Shown one piece after another: positions 47,480-60,299 of a stretch of 64,000 bases of DNA. Source of the stretch: Neoechinorhynchus agilis (taxonomy: Eukaryota > Animalia > Acanthocephala); NCBI GenBank assembly GCA_051530055.1, contig CM121342.1, forward strand, positions 2,018,797-2,082,796. The letters run 5' to 3'. The stretch's first letter is position 1. Each line of letters begins with the position of its first letter. Made by a program: the position numbers and the translations under genes. The notes beneath the pieces were generated by a model. That model was not told where the DNA came from. It searched no databases and saw only the letters and a program-made list of their open reading frames with translations.

Positions 47480-48298
47480 TTACTCTCTAAACGTTAAATG
47501 AACCGGATTTTTGTCAATTTTGTTATCTTTAGATTCCACTGCTATTCGCAATTGGCAGAGATCTAATTTGGTATTGAGGCAATATTCCAATCGTTTTTTT
47601 GCCTTTACATGGAGTCTCCCCAAATTATTTGTGATCTCGATAAAAGGCAGAGTGGATGCGTTTGCGTGTTCTAGAGAACTGTTTATCATGCGAAATAGAT
47701 CAACTGAGAGGGCAGCTTGCATCTCCGCCAAAAATATTTTGTAAAGCCAATCACTTTGTGGATTGTGCATGATTCCACCGTAAACAACAAAGCAGTCCTT
47801 GTTCAACCATTCAATTTCTGCGTCTAAACGCTTAGCAGCCCAGTCCGCTCTCGTAGCCGCAGGGTAGATTTCATTGAGGTTATCATAGGAATCGCACTTC
47901 TTAGTGAATGACCGCAGCGACAGATTTTTGACACCATGCAAACTGCAAGTGTTTATATTCCAACCCCAAAGTCCATCACAATTTAACTCATTGGTCCCGC
48001 TTCGGTACTGCATCTTCCCACACTTTTTCAGCTATTCGAGAGGAATTCAGGAAACATGGTCCAGATAAGGGGTGTAAAAACCTCAACCTATCAGTTTGCG
48101 ATGATAAGTCCCGAGCTTCTCGATTATGCGTAGCCAAGCTCAATTTGTAACCCAATATCGAATCTTCTATGAATACTTTCAACAGCTCCACTACTGTTTC
48201 AATCTTAGATATGGCAAACCAATGGTATGAAGCATCAGTCGGATAACTTCAGTTCGGCCTTCGAGAGCAAAGTAATAAAGGGTGTATTCAAGACACAT
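47480..48298 (-). pseudogene. Glutathione S-transferase-like gene, interrupted or highly divergent
   Basis: The N-terminus MCLEYTLYYFALEGRTEVIRLMLHTIGLPY matches the GST-N pattern, then stops. The downstream ORF has IEWLNKDCFVVYGGIMHNPQSDWLYKIF, resembling GST-C. No clean splice path was found. Confidence 0.55.
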
Positions 48299-49219
48299 CG
48301 CGCTTGATACTCGGTATTCTTTTTTGACTACGAACGAACTTTTGAGGTATGCTAAGACTCAATAGTTTTTAATTGCTCATTGAGGTGAGACTTTTGTTAG
48401 AAAAGCGTTGTATTGTCATGATGGAAAACTAGATCCTCACTTTATTTGTCGTTATTATGATCAGGACTAATTTTATTTACATTTCCCATTAGCGATTTCA
48501 TCGATTAATTTACAAAATTGGAAACGGAAGCAGCACACAGACATTACAACGACAATGATTTTCCAAATCGAAACAACCGCTAAAAACAGATCGGTTACTT
48601 AATATATGACTTTCTAAAGAACGTTTTCAAATTGAATGGCAATTGATAATCCGAAAAAGAAAAAATTAAAAACCAGCGGTAACACAAGCCAATATTTTAG
48701 AATGTGGAACGAAACGTGATAATCGACATTATAATTTTAGTAAAATGCAAACGGAACACAGAATTATTTTCATGTCGAAATAACTGCAAAAAAGCGGCAT
48801 ATGATGGTAAAATTTCAAGCGAAGATTTAAATATTCAAAAGACAATTGGTGGAGGAATATAACAGTAAAGGCTGCCCTCGAGATTTTTTTACCGCATTGC
48901 AATAGTATTCTTCTTTGTTGTTCAGAATAAGATTTTAATTGTGATTTAAAGTGACCCGCGATTTAAACGTGCAAAAATATGTTTACAAAAATATCCATAA
49001 AATCTATTTTCACTGGTTTTCAAAAGCACGCGCGCTAGGGAAAAGTAACAAGTTATTTGTTTACCAAATTTCGCTTGAAATCTGATATGGCCAATCCGGC
49101 TCAAGACGAGTCGTTTATTCACAAAGATACAATAATAGAGCGAAATGAGCAATCCAAAAGAAGTTAAGCAAACCATTTAAATTGTTGGGCAACCTGTGCT
49201 TGATAGTCCAATGATCAAG

Positions 49220-50021
49220 TTATTATCAGAGAGGCAAATAACGGAAACTTTTAAAGAGCTAGAAAAGGAGCTAATCACTAAATTTATTACAGATTTATAA
49301 ACGGATCTTGTGAAGTGCAAGAAAGAGTTGGAAATATATCGGAATAAAGACGAAGTCTTAAAAGATGAAATAAATCAAATTAGACGAAATTTGCGTCAAT
49401 ATCGTACACTGATGGAACAACGCGTGGAGGAAAAAAAGCAAGTGTAAAAGTGAGACCCGCGAAACAAAATCTAAAGTTTCAGTGGTGTTATCAAAGCTTA
49501 AAAATAAAATCGATGAAGTGGAAGCCGTAAATAATAACTTGAGGGAATCGCTCGAGAAGGAAAAAAATCAGATTCAGCAACTTGAAGTGGAAGTAGATGA
49601 CTTGAACGTACATATTGATGAAGTTGAACGAATGTTGATTAGAAAAGATCGTCAGATTGATCTCTTAAATACTTGGATCAAGGAATTCGAAAAGACTTAT
49701 ACTTCGATGAAAGTTGCGTATCATGCGATTCAAACTGAAGATGGCCACCTATCAAGCATTATGGACCAGCCGCTTAAAGACCACGAGATGGAGATGGAAT
49801 ACAACGAACGGTCGATAGTTGTACCGGTAACTCCCATTAAATGCAAGAGCTTCATCGAAAATGCCGTTCAATGGTTATTTCCTAGATCAAACAAACCATC
49901 ATTCCAAACATATTATCGTGCTTGCAAACACCAATCAGCGAGATTCTGCCAAATGGTTCTCCTCAAGATACGCTCTATAATTCATAGAAACTCAGCTGCA
50001 TTTCCTCTAATATTCCACTGA
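49220..50021 (+). CDS. Coiled-coil protein fragment of unknown family (possible in-frame stop in the upstream part)
   Basis: Heptad-rich ORF 49482..50021 preceded by an ..tttcag acceptor and another heptad-rich frame. Confidence 0.4.
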
Positions 50022-50059
50022 TTCAAACTATCGAATTAACCCTGGACGAGTACCAACTT

Positions 50060-50495
50060 CTGCAAATGTATTTGATAATTGTGTTAAAGATTGTTTATTA
50101 AAAATCTCGGAACCTGATTCTTGTCCAAAAACAACCAAAACTCCTTATGCGAGCAAACACAAACTTTTTGTTCAATTCGATAGTGGTACTAAAACGTGGG
50201 ACGATGTTGATTTCTTTTCTGCGACCCAGGAGTTGGTAGCGAAGCAGATCGCTAAATCAACCGATTATGTCTCGACGTGTATTGCAGAGTTAGTGGAAAC
50301 GGAATCCATTTCGCAAAACGATACTTCACTATTGGCATCGACAACGACCCAGCCGCCCTCGAATACGCCAAGCACAATTCTTTTATTTTTGAAACCGAAA
50401 AAATAGTCGATTTTGGTCCTGCTGACTGCAATTATCCTACTTTCCATTCCCAATGCTTTGATCTGGTTTTTCTTAGCCCTCCTTGACGTGGACGC
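50060..50495 (+). pseudogene. TGS1: Trimethylguanosine synthase (TGS1)-like catalytic-domain relic
   Basis: YASKHKLFVQFDSGTKTWDDVDFFSATQELVAKQIA-(frameshift)-DVYCRVSGNGIHFAK..IGIDNDPAALEYAKHN..FDLVFLSPP* parallels the TGS1 RYRLFSRFD..WFSVTPE..DAFCGVGGN..VFLSPPWGG motifs. There is a TGA at the Trp codon, and a CRE fragment truncates it. Confidence 0.8.
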
Positions 50496-50900
50496 GGGTA
50501 ATCGTCTCGAGGAAGACGTATGGATAAGCTGGCAAAATAAGATGAGACGGTGAAAACCTCTCTCGAGAAAATTTTATATACTCATCTGTCGGACGAGGCC
50601 TGGCGCCAAGCGTCCTTTCCTGTGTCGTCTGGCGGTTTCGGTATCTGAAAAGCAGCGGATATTTCTCTCCCAGCTTATTTGGGATCGTATGAAGCAAACC
50701 GCATAATAATTCAGTCTTTTCTTGGCGAGAATTAAACTTTGGATGAAGATTTCGTGGAGGCTTTTAATCCATGGTGTGGAGATTCAGGCAGCGATCAAGT
50801 TTCCGTCAATGGTTGCAAACGACCAGTTAGGGACTAACCCCTGGTAGCGAGAATTCATAACTCTTTCATTTCAGATTCTCGTAACCTGGTAAATCGAATT
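50495..50900 (+). mobile_element. CRE-type LINE post-RT fragment
   Basis: SDEAWRQASFPVSSGGFGI*KAADISLPAYLGS is homologous to 20400-20500. Confidence 0.8.
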
Positions 50901-51089
50901 CGATTGGTGCCGCATAGTTTCTGGATTGCTGAAATTTCGAGCTAGCGTTTTAGCCCAAGCAGCGATCATACAAGAACGAATGAATTTTACGAGATTGTAT
51001 ATGTTTTCAAACCGTATCCCAAAAAATAGTTATACATAAATTGCGTTTATTATACAATTTGCTATTAAATTATGTAAAACAACATGTTC

Positions 51090-54026
51090 CACTCTAATTT
51101 TTACCCGGACGAATCGCATCGAATGCATCCGCTATCGCATTCAGTTCTCTGCATGTATTTAAAGCATTCGTGAGATATTGATCTTCGAATAGTGACGAGT
51201 TTGGAGGTTTAGAATGTGTACCAATGGCTGTGATCTTTCTTTGAGGACGCGGAAATGGGTTTTTTTTCTCCTTTTGAAAGTGTGGAGTGGTTTTCCAATG
51301 AAGTTGTGTTTTGATCTTGATTTAACATACAATTGAATTTTTTTGGCAATATTGCAGTACTCTCAGGACCCAAAGATTGCCCGGGCAGGTCGGCGAGGTT
51401 CGAAAATGGCATATTCGTACCGACTGGATCGTCACCTCTTAGTTCATCTATTTCTCAGCTTCCTATTCTCCAATTTAAAAGACGGCGTATCATCCGTTCA
51501 AATAGTCTGAGTCTATGTTTTGGACGATTATTTGTATCTTCAAAATCCTTTGTTTGGTTGCACATTTGGGACTTTAGTTCTTCTTGTGGTTGCTCCAAGA
51601 CTGTCACCTTTCTTGTATAGCGGCCAAAATGATCTTCCAAATCTTTGTTCCTTTTCAGAAGCTTGTTTTTCTCAAGTTTGCTCTTCTTTAGCTCATCAAT
51701 CATTTGGCCATTTAACTTCTTCATCATTTCCCATTTCTCGTGCGCGTAAACCGAAACGTTTTCACGAAGTTCCGCCTTCAATTTGCTAATTTCACTTTCT
51801 TGCGTCTGAATAATTATTGAACGATTTTGATATTCGCTTAAAGCGCAATCAAACTTCCTTTGAATGGTTTCCACTTTTTCTAACAATTCCCCATTTTGCA
51901 CAAGGAGATTTTCTAACTTCATGGAACTTTCTGCTAGTTTCGTCTTCTTCTCTCTTAATTCCTTATTAAGAGATTCGGATTTTGTTTTGAGATCACAGAT
52001 CTCAGATTGAGCATTTCCCAAGCAACCCTGAAGTCTCAGATTTTCTTCTTTGCTTTCCATAAGTCGTGTATTTTCTTCTAAATTCCTCGACTGTTCCAAA
52101 TGTTCGAGTTTTCCCATAATGTTTTGAAGTTTTAGTTCAAGTGATTGCTTATCAGTTTTCAATTTTATTTCCGTCTGTGAAAACTGTTCTACCCTTTTTG
52201 CGGCCATGTCTGTTTCTGCTCTCAATTTAGCTTCAACTTCTGCAATTCGCCGATCTCTCGATTTCCTTTCAATTTCATTTTGGTCGTTGATTTCCTTTAG
52301 TTGATTTAATTTAGCCCTTAGGTCATTTATGAGTTGACCGTTAGCCTTGAATTCGGCAGCCATTTCTTCATTCTGCTTTATAACTTTTTCTAAATGTTTT
52401 TCCGTTTCCGATGAACCTTGTACTTTCGAATCAAATTCCTCATTTGCCAATTTAAGGGATCTCTCAAGATTAATTATTTTCCGCTGGCTTTCATCAATAC
52501 GACATTGCATCTCCCGTTCCGTTTTTGACAAATTGATTTCCTTTTCTCGCTGAGCAGACGAAAGTTTCGTTTTTAAATCCCGATTTTCCTTCGTCATTTC
52601 CTCTAATTCTGAAGATAGCGTTCCACACTTCTTGTTTTTCTGCTCAATTTCATTTTCATTAATTTTCTGCCTTTTAGTCAGTACTGAAATTTTAGCATTA
52701 AGGTCATTGTTTTGATTTGATACCTCCTTCAGCCTGCGTTTGTTGTCAATCAAACGATTCTCTTTCTCATTCAAACTTTCTAAAATTTCCTTTTGGTATT
52801 CCTGCAATTTCATCACCTCCTCTTGCGCGTCTTCTGCAAACGATTTAAGCTCATTTTCTTTTTTCGATAAATCAGCATTCGTACTTTTCGCAAGTCTTAA
52901 ATCCTCCTTCAAGTTAGCATTCTGTTTTGCTAACTCGGTAATCCTAATATTTTGGTCTGAACACTTTTTGTCCCTTTCCTCAAAATAGTTTTCTCGTTAT
53001 CATTCTCAGCCTTACAATTTGTGCGTTTAATTCATCGTTTTGCGCGGATATTTCTTTTAGGCTGCGATTCGTGTCCTCTAGCAGCATTTCCTTCTCACTT
53101 AGCTCCTCCTTCAGCATTTTGCATTGGGAATCAATATCTCGGATAGGGGACAAACGACTTTCTGTTTGAGGCTTTGTTTCTTGTTTTCGAAAATTATCTA
53201 TATTCACATTTTTATTGTTTGTACTCTTGGAAGCCCCTTCTATATGCTTACTCCAACCGAAAGGCTCGTCATCCGATTCATATTTTCCCAGCGGATCGCC
53301 TCCGTTTTCAATACATTGTGTGCCATTTAATAGGTCGGGACTTTTAATTGACTCTTTCTTGCCGTCGTTGCTTCCCTTGCCATTTGAATGCTCAGTTTCC
53401 TTTGTTTCTTTTGGTTTCTCTAGCTCAGTGGATTGACCATTTTCGCTGTTCTGAATAGCAACAATCAGATCCGACAAAGATGAGTAAGGGCAATTTTTAT
53501 CGTATGGGCTTTCGCCTTCACTAGCAAGGATATTGTTTATTGTTGTTTTCCGGTCTTTGTCTCCATCGAACAACAATGCTGACAAAAGACAAGTGAGTGT
53601 CGTTTGGTCGCTCTGGTTCAATCGTGTACACATTTGTAAAAAAAATTCACTTACAGAAGGCGTTGACAGTCCGTAACAGTAAAAGCTCAAAATCAAGGAA
53701 GCGCGCCCCAATAGTTCTAATGGTTTAATTGCCATCTTAAAGCGATTCTCTAACAACTTTTTCATTTCGCTTGGTTTTTTTCCAAGCATTAAAAAATCTA
53801 CAGGTGGATTTTGTTCATTCACGGTGTTTTCAATTTGAGAACAAATGTCCTGCATTATTTTATACACAGCATTTGGGTCGTTAATAGAAATCCAAGTTCG
53901 GATATTGCGTCGTACCTTACATGTCGGAGATACGGAGGCAGCGATGAGGTTAGTTATCATAGTACGAATATTGGCGTTGAGACTCATTTCTAAAATTGAA
54001 GAAGGGGTTTTCCTATCAGGAATCAA
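51090..54026 (-). pseudogene. Long coiled-coil protein gene, copy 2 (most complete; 8-nt deletion near 52990, nonsense near 51455)
   Basis: 348-aa and 485-aa ORFs. Comparison with copy 1 shows the frameshift and an AAC TCA -> AGC TGA change. The block 50910-53735 is a direct repeat of 30375-33155. Confidence 0.8.
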
Positions 54027-54099
54027 TATGTTGGAGCGGTTTGTATTGATAAAAATGAAGATACATTTTAAAATAAAGAATAATTAAAAATTCTCAGAA

Positions 54100-55260
54100 A
54101 CATATGAGAAAGTAAACGATAGTGCCCTCAGCAGATTTAAAAGCTCGATCGCTGTTAGCGACAAATCGAATACAAAACAATTTTTAATTAATACCACAAA
54201 GCGGAGGATTTTATGAATTGTCAAATCACTTTTAACGTAAAAAATCATTTCAACGTTAGAAATCTATTCATAAAGGCATGATCCAAAAACTTTATAAATT
54301 TCAAATTCAAGCTACCGTCGACTTGCATTATGCGAATCTTGGATTCGTACGTGGCCTGGGATGACCGCGTGCATCCAGAAATGGTTTCTAAACTAATTCG
54401 CATAAACTATTATTAGAAAACCGCTATTCAATAATGTTTTTAATTCCCCTTTACAATAAAGGATCCTTAAACCTTTTTTAACCTTCGTTTTCTTTATTGC
54501 ATTAGGATAGCATTTTAAATGGCTTATTAAGTGCCGCGATTTTCAAAGTAGCGATTGGTATGTAGAGTCGAGAATCTCTCTTCTCCGCTAAAATGGAATT
54601 CACTGACCAATTTCCTTGACTAGGATGAGCGGATTAGTAGGTTTTCAAAAAGATCGTACGTATGACTAATAATTTGAAAATTTATCCTCGGATCATTAAA
54701 CCTAAAAAATCCCAGTAAATGTTGACAGAGAAAAAGAGATCAAGAATCCGAATACGTCCGTGACGTTCATTTATAGAATCGTTTCAAATTCTTAAATGAG
54801 AGCTTGATCGCCAAAATGGAGGTTTCTTGGCTTAGTAAGCAACTCGCTCGCTTGTATTGGAACACTACACGAATAGCAACACAACGAACAATAATCGAGC
54901 ATTCGAGAGCTGAGGGGGATGATGTATTTCTCAAAAATTATTATTGATCATAGGTATTCCTTTGGGAAATCGTTCACCATCTAAAGATGATTGTCTTTAG
55001 CTATGGTTTGGAAAACATGAATGCTTGCTTATCACTAGACGGTAGCTTCAATTCGAAATTTAGAAAAAAGTTTTTGGGTCATGCTTTTATGAATAGTTTT
55101 CTGACGTTAAAATGATTTTCTACGTTAAAAGTAACTTGACAATTCATAAAATCCTTCGCTTTGTGGTACTAATTCAAAATATTTTTGTATTCGGTTTCTC
55201 GCTAACAGCAATTTGGCATTTAAATCTGCTCAGCGCACTGTGGTTTCTTTTAATATCAAT
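54100..55260. repeat. Inverted repeat (about 54100-54345 vs 55035-55260) upstream of the head-to-head coiled-coil copies 2 and 3
   Basis: ccacaaagcggaggattttatgaattgtcaa..caagctaccgtc is the diverged reverse complement of gacggtagcttc..ttgacaattcataaaatccttcgctttgtgg. Confidence 0.8.
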
Positions 55261-55814
55261 AAAATTGAATCAGCGCAACCAAACGACACTTGCGTGTCTT
55301 TTTTTAGCACTGTTGTTTAATGGAGACAAAGACAGGAAAACCACAATTTACACTGTGCTTGCAAGTCAATTTTCTAAACGTTGCACTTTAAAAAAAAAGA
55401 ATATAGATTTTTTAAGAAAATGTGAAAATTATTTCGTTCAGCTTAAAGATATAAACTTTTTGAAATGAAAGAGTTGCTTTGAAATAGAAAGGTGCAATTT
55501 TGATTTCGAGTAGAAGAGAAATAGGCTTTTGTTCGCCCATTCATTTTAAACTTTTTCTATTGTTGTTGATTGGATATGACATTTGTGGATATCCCAGCAT
55601 TAGCTAACTGATCGACCAGATCACAAATCTATTGTATGAAATCAAGTGCCAAAATATTAGGATATTCTTCGAGCGATAAATAGGTAACATACCATTCGAC
55701 TCATCGGTTTTTATCGTTTGTTATTTTGCTCAATTCATATAATCAACAGTTTTCCATTTTTCCGTAATCCCGTTTTGTGAGAGATCTAAAGTTGAAGCAT
55801 ATTGCAAATATGTT

Positions 55815-56030
55815 TTAAAATTGCACGACCTGTGGGCAAGATGCCTCGGGCCGAATTATATTGGCCGTGAACTGCAGTCGTCTGCGGCGCAAATATTCAC
55901 TGGGCGGTGGGACTCCGGCTCTCTTATAAAGTGCTTTGTTGGTCACTTTATCTGACCATCTGACTTTGAACGCCGCACGTAAGAGAGATGAATGATTTTG
56001 GTCCAACTTCCTCGTCGCCGTTGGTGACCC
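55815..56030 (-). mobile_element. RTE-clade LINE fragment
   Basis: SLLRAAFKVRWSDKVTNKALY..YLRRRRLQFTANIIR. Confidence 0.75.
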
Positions 56031-56799
56031 ATACCCTTTCGACATACCGAAGCCATCGTTTAATCGCTTTGTTTTTGCACAGAAAACTTTTCTCCCAACT
56101 CCTCATATATATCGGCGATTATCGGAGCAAGAGGCGAGCCCGTCGCTACACCGTCCCTCCGATCTACTCAAAGGCAGTCCCCGACGTGCACCACTTCAAT
56201 ACATCGGTCCAGGTAGAAACATCCATCTTCACTTCTTCACATTTTTCCGATAGAAACATCGCAGCCATGTTAACTACCTTGCGTAACGGTATGTTTGTAA
56301 AAAGCGAAGAAACGTCTGCCGTAAATAGAGTTCTATCGGTCAATGTCTGACCCTTGATTTCACTAGCGAATGCAATGCCATCACTGATAAACGAGTCCGC
56401 CACTGGAAGTACATTTTTGGTTAACCTATTGATCTCCTTCGCCAGTTTACGGTTGAACGTCGTATAGCTCGCAATTATAGGCCGAAATTGTAAGTTGGGC
56501 TTGTGGATTTTTGGCAAGAGGTACAAGAAGGCACATTGACTCAATGACGACCGCACTTTCAGATATAAGTCTTCAGGTAATATATTCCGTCTAACAAGGC
56601 TTCTCAAATAATCGTTGAATTGAGTTTCCCTCTTGGTGGTAGGGTCGCTCATGCCACTGAACTTGCCAGACTCCAAGAGTTGCTCGGCAGCTTCTTTGTA
56701 CTTGTAAGTATCTACTGCCACTAATGCCCTGCCTTTGTCCGATTTACAGATCGTAATCTCCTCATCTGCTAATACGTTCCTCAGTATCGGCCACTCCTT
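56030..56799 (-). mobile_element. Penelope-like reverse transcriptase fragment
   Basis: ICKSDKGRALV, LYLLPKIHKPNLQFRPII, ADVSSLFTNIP, GSPLAPIIADIY and RWLRYV. Confidence 0.9.
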
Positions 56800-58084
56800 T
56801 TCATCGGAAACGGAAAAACATTTAGAAAAAGTTATAAAGCGGAATGAAGAAATGGTTGTCGAGCTCAAGGCTAACGGTCAACCGATAAATGACCTTAAGG
56901 CTAAATTAAATCGACTAAAGGAAATCAACGACCAAAATGAAATTGAAAGAAAAGCAAGAGATCTCCAAATTGCAGAAGTTGAAGCTAAATTGAAAGCCGA
57001 AATGGACATGGCCGCAAAAGAAGTTGAGCAGTTTTCACAGAAGGAAATAAAATGGAAAACTGATAAGCAATCACTTGAAGTAAAACTTCAAAACATTATG
57101 GGAAAACTCGAACATTTGGAACAATCGAGGAATTTCGAGGAAAATACACGACTTATGGAAAGAAAAGAAGAAAATCTGAGACTTCAGGGTTGTTTGGGAA
57201 ATGCCCAATCTGAGATCTGTGATCACAAAACATAATCGGAATCTCTTAATAAGAAATTAAGGGAGAAGAACACGAAACTAGCAGAAAGTTCCATGAAATT
57301 AGAAAATCTCCTGATGCATAATGGGGAATTGTTGGAAAAATTGGAAACTATTCAAAGGAAGTTTGATTGCGTTTTAAGCGAAAATCAAAATCGTTCAATA
57401 ATTATTCAGACGCAAGAAAGTGAAATTAGCACATTGAAGGCAGAACTTCGTGAAAAGGTTTCGGTTTACGCGCGCGAGAAATGGGAAATGATGAAGAAGT
57501 TAAATGGCCAAATGATTGATGAGCTAAAGAAGAGCAAACTTGAGAAAAACAAGCTTCTGAAAAGGAACAAAGATTTGGACGGCAAACAAGAAAGGTGAGT
57601 CTTGGAGCAACCACAAGAAGAACTAAAGTCCCAAATGTGCAACCAAACAAAGGATTTTGAAGATGCAAATAATCGTCCAAAACATAGACTCAGACTATTT
57701 GAACGGATGATACGCCGTCTTTTAAATTGGAGAATAGGAAACTCAGAAATAGATAAACTAAGAGGTGACGATCCAGTCGGTACGAATATGCCATTTTCGA
57801 ACCTCGTCGACCTGCCCGGGCAATCTTTGGGTCCTGAGAGTACTGCAATATTGCCAAAAAGATTCAATTGTATGTTAATGCAAGATCAAAACTCAACTTC
57901 ATCGCAAAACAACTCCACACAAACAAAAGGAGAAAAAAGAACGCCTCCGCGTTCTCAAAGAAGAAGCACAGCAGTTGGTACTCATTCTAAACTTTCCAAC
58001 GGTCAATATTCGAGGGCAATTGCAGATGCATTCGATGCAATTCGTCCGGGTAAAAATTACAGTGAAATATGTTGTTTTAAATAA
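56800..58084 (+). pseudogene. Long coiled-coil protein gene, copy 3 (3' half; premature stop at 57235, internal deletion near 57590)
   Basis: ORFs 56735..57235, 57293..57598 and 57602..58084 are collinear with copies 1 and 2 in the opposite orientation. Confidence 0.8.
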
Positions 58085-58249
58085 TTAAAATGCAAATTGT
58101 ATAATAAACGTAATTTATGTATTACTATTTTTCGGGACACGGTTTAAAAACATATGCAATCCCATAAAATTCATTGGGTTTTATATGACCGCTGCTTAAG
58201 CTGAAATGCAAGCTAGAAATTTAAGCAACTCTTAAACTATACGGCGAAA

Positions 58250-58605
58250 ACGGGTACTAATCATTTTCATGATTCTTTTAAAAACCATTATGTTTGCAAA
58301 TAATCTATAAAGGTATCGATGGAAACGGCGGAACATGTTTATCCTCCATTGCTTCGAGGATGCACCCAGCATTCCCTTTCTGAATCGCAAAGCTGATTCT
58401 CCAATAAAAACAGTGGGCTGCACGGGGTTCCTTGTTGTTGCGGTCAACAATTTTACAACCTTTGTTAAAAATTTTGCGGTGCTTAGTCCGAATGCACCAA
58501 TTGTCTCAATGGCGAGAGGTTGGAAAAATGTAGATTCGACGAATCGACGCATTTGTATTTTTTCGATCTTCCGTCCTTTTCGCCACTTCACTGGCTCCTG
58601 AAACT
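58250..58605 (-). mobile_element. CRE-type RLE 3' fragment
   Basis: FFQPLAIETIGAFGLSTAKFL. It matches 29200-29520 in reverse orientation. Confidence 0.75.
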
Positions 58606-60250
58606 GGAAGGTGTAATTTGCTCTTCGCATCCCAATCGAAACTGGTGGCGTGAAATAAAAAATGTCACTGGTCTTGGTAGATCCACCCCCTTAGCATCTC
58701 TCCTCAAATCTGATCTCCTCTCAATCCTCAACACCATGAATAAAAACCTTTGTCCTCCCAAATCTCCTCTCCATTGTCCCAACCTCCCTTCTTACTTTCG
58801 GACCCACCCATTCATACATGCCCTTCCTTAGTTTCCTTTCTCGAAATCCTAGAGATCCTTAAACGCCTGCCCCGCCATTCTTCCCCTAATTCGACTATTC
58901 CAAATTGGGCCATTCGTTTCATCATCCCGGAACTTATCGATCCTCTAACGCACATAACGAACCTTAGCTTTCTATTGGGCTCTTTCCCATCGTGTCTTAA
59001 GGAAGCCCGTGTCGTTCCCCTACCCAAATACAATAAACCGACTTCCCACACATCCTTTCGTCCCATCTCTATCCTCTCACCTTTCTCTAAAATCTTAGAA
59101 AAATGTTTTAAAACCCGCCTACTTCCCTTCTTCCTCAAAAACATCTCCCCTTCCAAATTCGCTTTCCGTCCTAATTATTCTTGTTCTGATGCCCTCCTCT
59201 GCATCTAAGATACGCTTGTGCGCAGCTTGGATTCCAACCCAGTATCAACCGTCCGTCTCGTGCAACTGGATGTTTCCAGGGCGTTTGAGTCGGTAGATCA
59301 CTCCCTTCTCCTCCAAGCATGTGCTTCCTTTGGCCTCTTAACCTGGCAACTCGCTTGGATTTCCTCTTTCCTCTCCAACCGCAAAACAATACATTCAATG
59401 TGGAACTTCTTGCTCCTCTTCTCTACCCGTATTTAAAGGGGTCCGCAAAGCGCCGTACTTTCCCTCTCCTCTTTGAAATTTTTCTAAATGGCCTTCATCC
59501 CCTCACTCCCCCTACCAAATATTTTCTCTATGCAGATGACCTCACAGTCATTACCGTCGCATCTCCCTCTCTCTCCCTCTCCACAACCATGGACGAGTTC
59601 AACCATCTCATTTCCTCGCTCTCCGCCCTAAACCTCTCCCTAAATTTATCCAAATCTTTTGAGCTTGTCCCCACATTTCCAAACGCAATCTTATCCCCAC
59701 GCCTCTCCCTCTCACCATCCAATGCTACTCTTCTCTCCGAATACTGAGCCTGACTTTACAAGAAAACCTTAAATGGGATGCCCACATTTCGTTTACACTC
59801 TCTAAAACAAGCCCTCGTTTTTACCTCCTCAAACTCCTCCGGCGTCTCGGCGTTTCCTCTAAACACCTTGCCCACTTTTATTTCTCTGCCATCCTCCCAA
59901 TCCTTACATACGCCTTCCCCACTTTCCTCGCCCTTTCCGCCAATGCTCTCCATTCCCTCGAAACCTTCCACAAGGGAGCATCGAGAATATGCGGGACTTC
60001 ACCCCTTCCCCTCGACGCCCACCTCCACTCCATTTTCTCTAAAAACGCCCTCCGTCTTCTTCAACCCCCACCACAATTTTCTTCCCTCATCTCTAAATAC
60101 TCTTCCCCCAAGCCCAATCTTTCTTTAACAACCGGAGAACAAGGAAAGACTCCCAATCGGTCATTCTCCTGTAAAACTCCAAAGACAAATCCCACCTCCC
60201 TGCCTCAACATCCGACATCCAGACAACTTCAGCAAAGATAGATGCTGGCA
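58606..60250 (+). mobile_element. Decayed CR1/L2-like LINE RT
   Basis: CLKEARVVPLPK..FRPISILSPFSKILEK, LDVSRAFESVDH and FLYADDLTV. Confidence 0.85.
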
Positions 60251-60299
60251 AGTGTTGTTTAAATGGACTGGCTCGATCGGAGACCAAAGTCCTTCTTAT

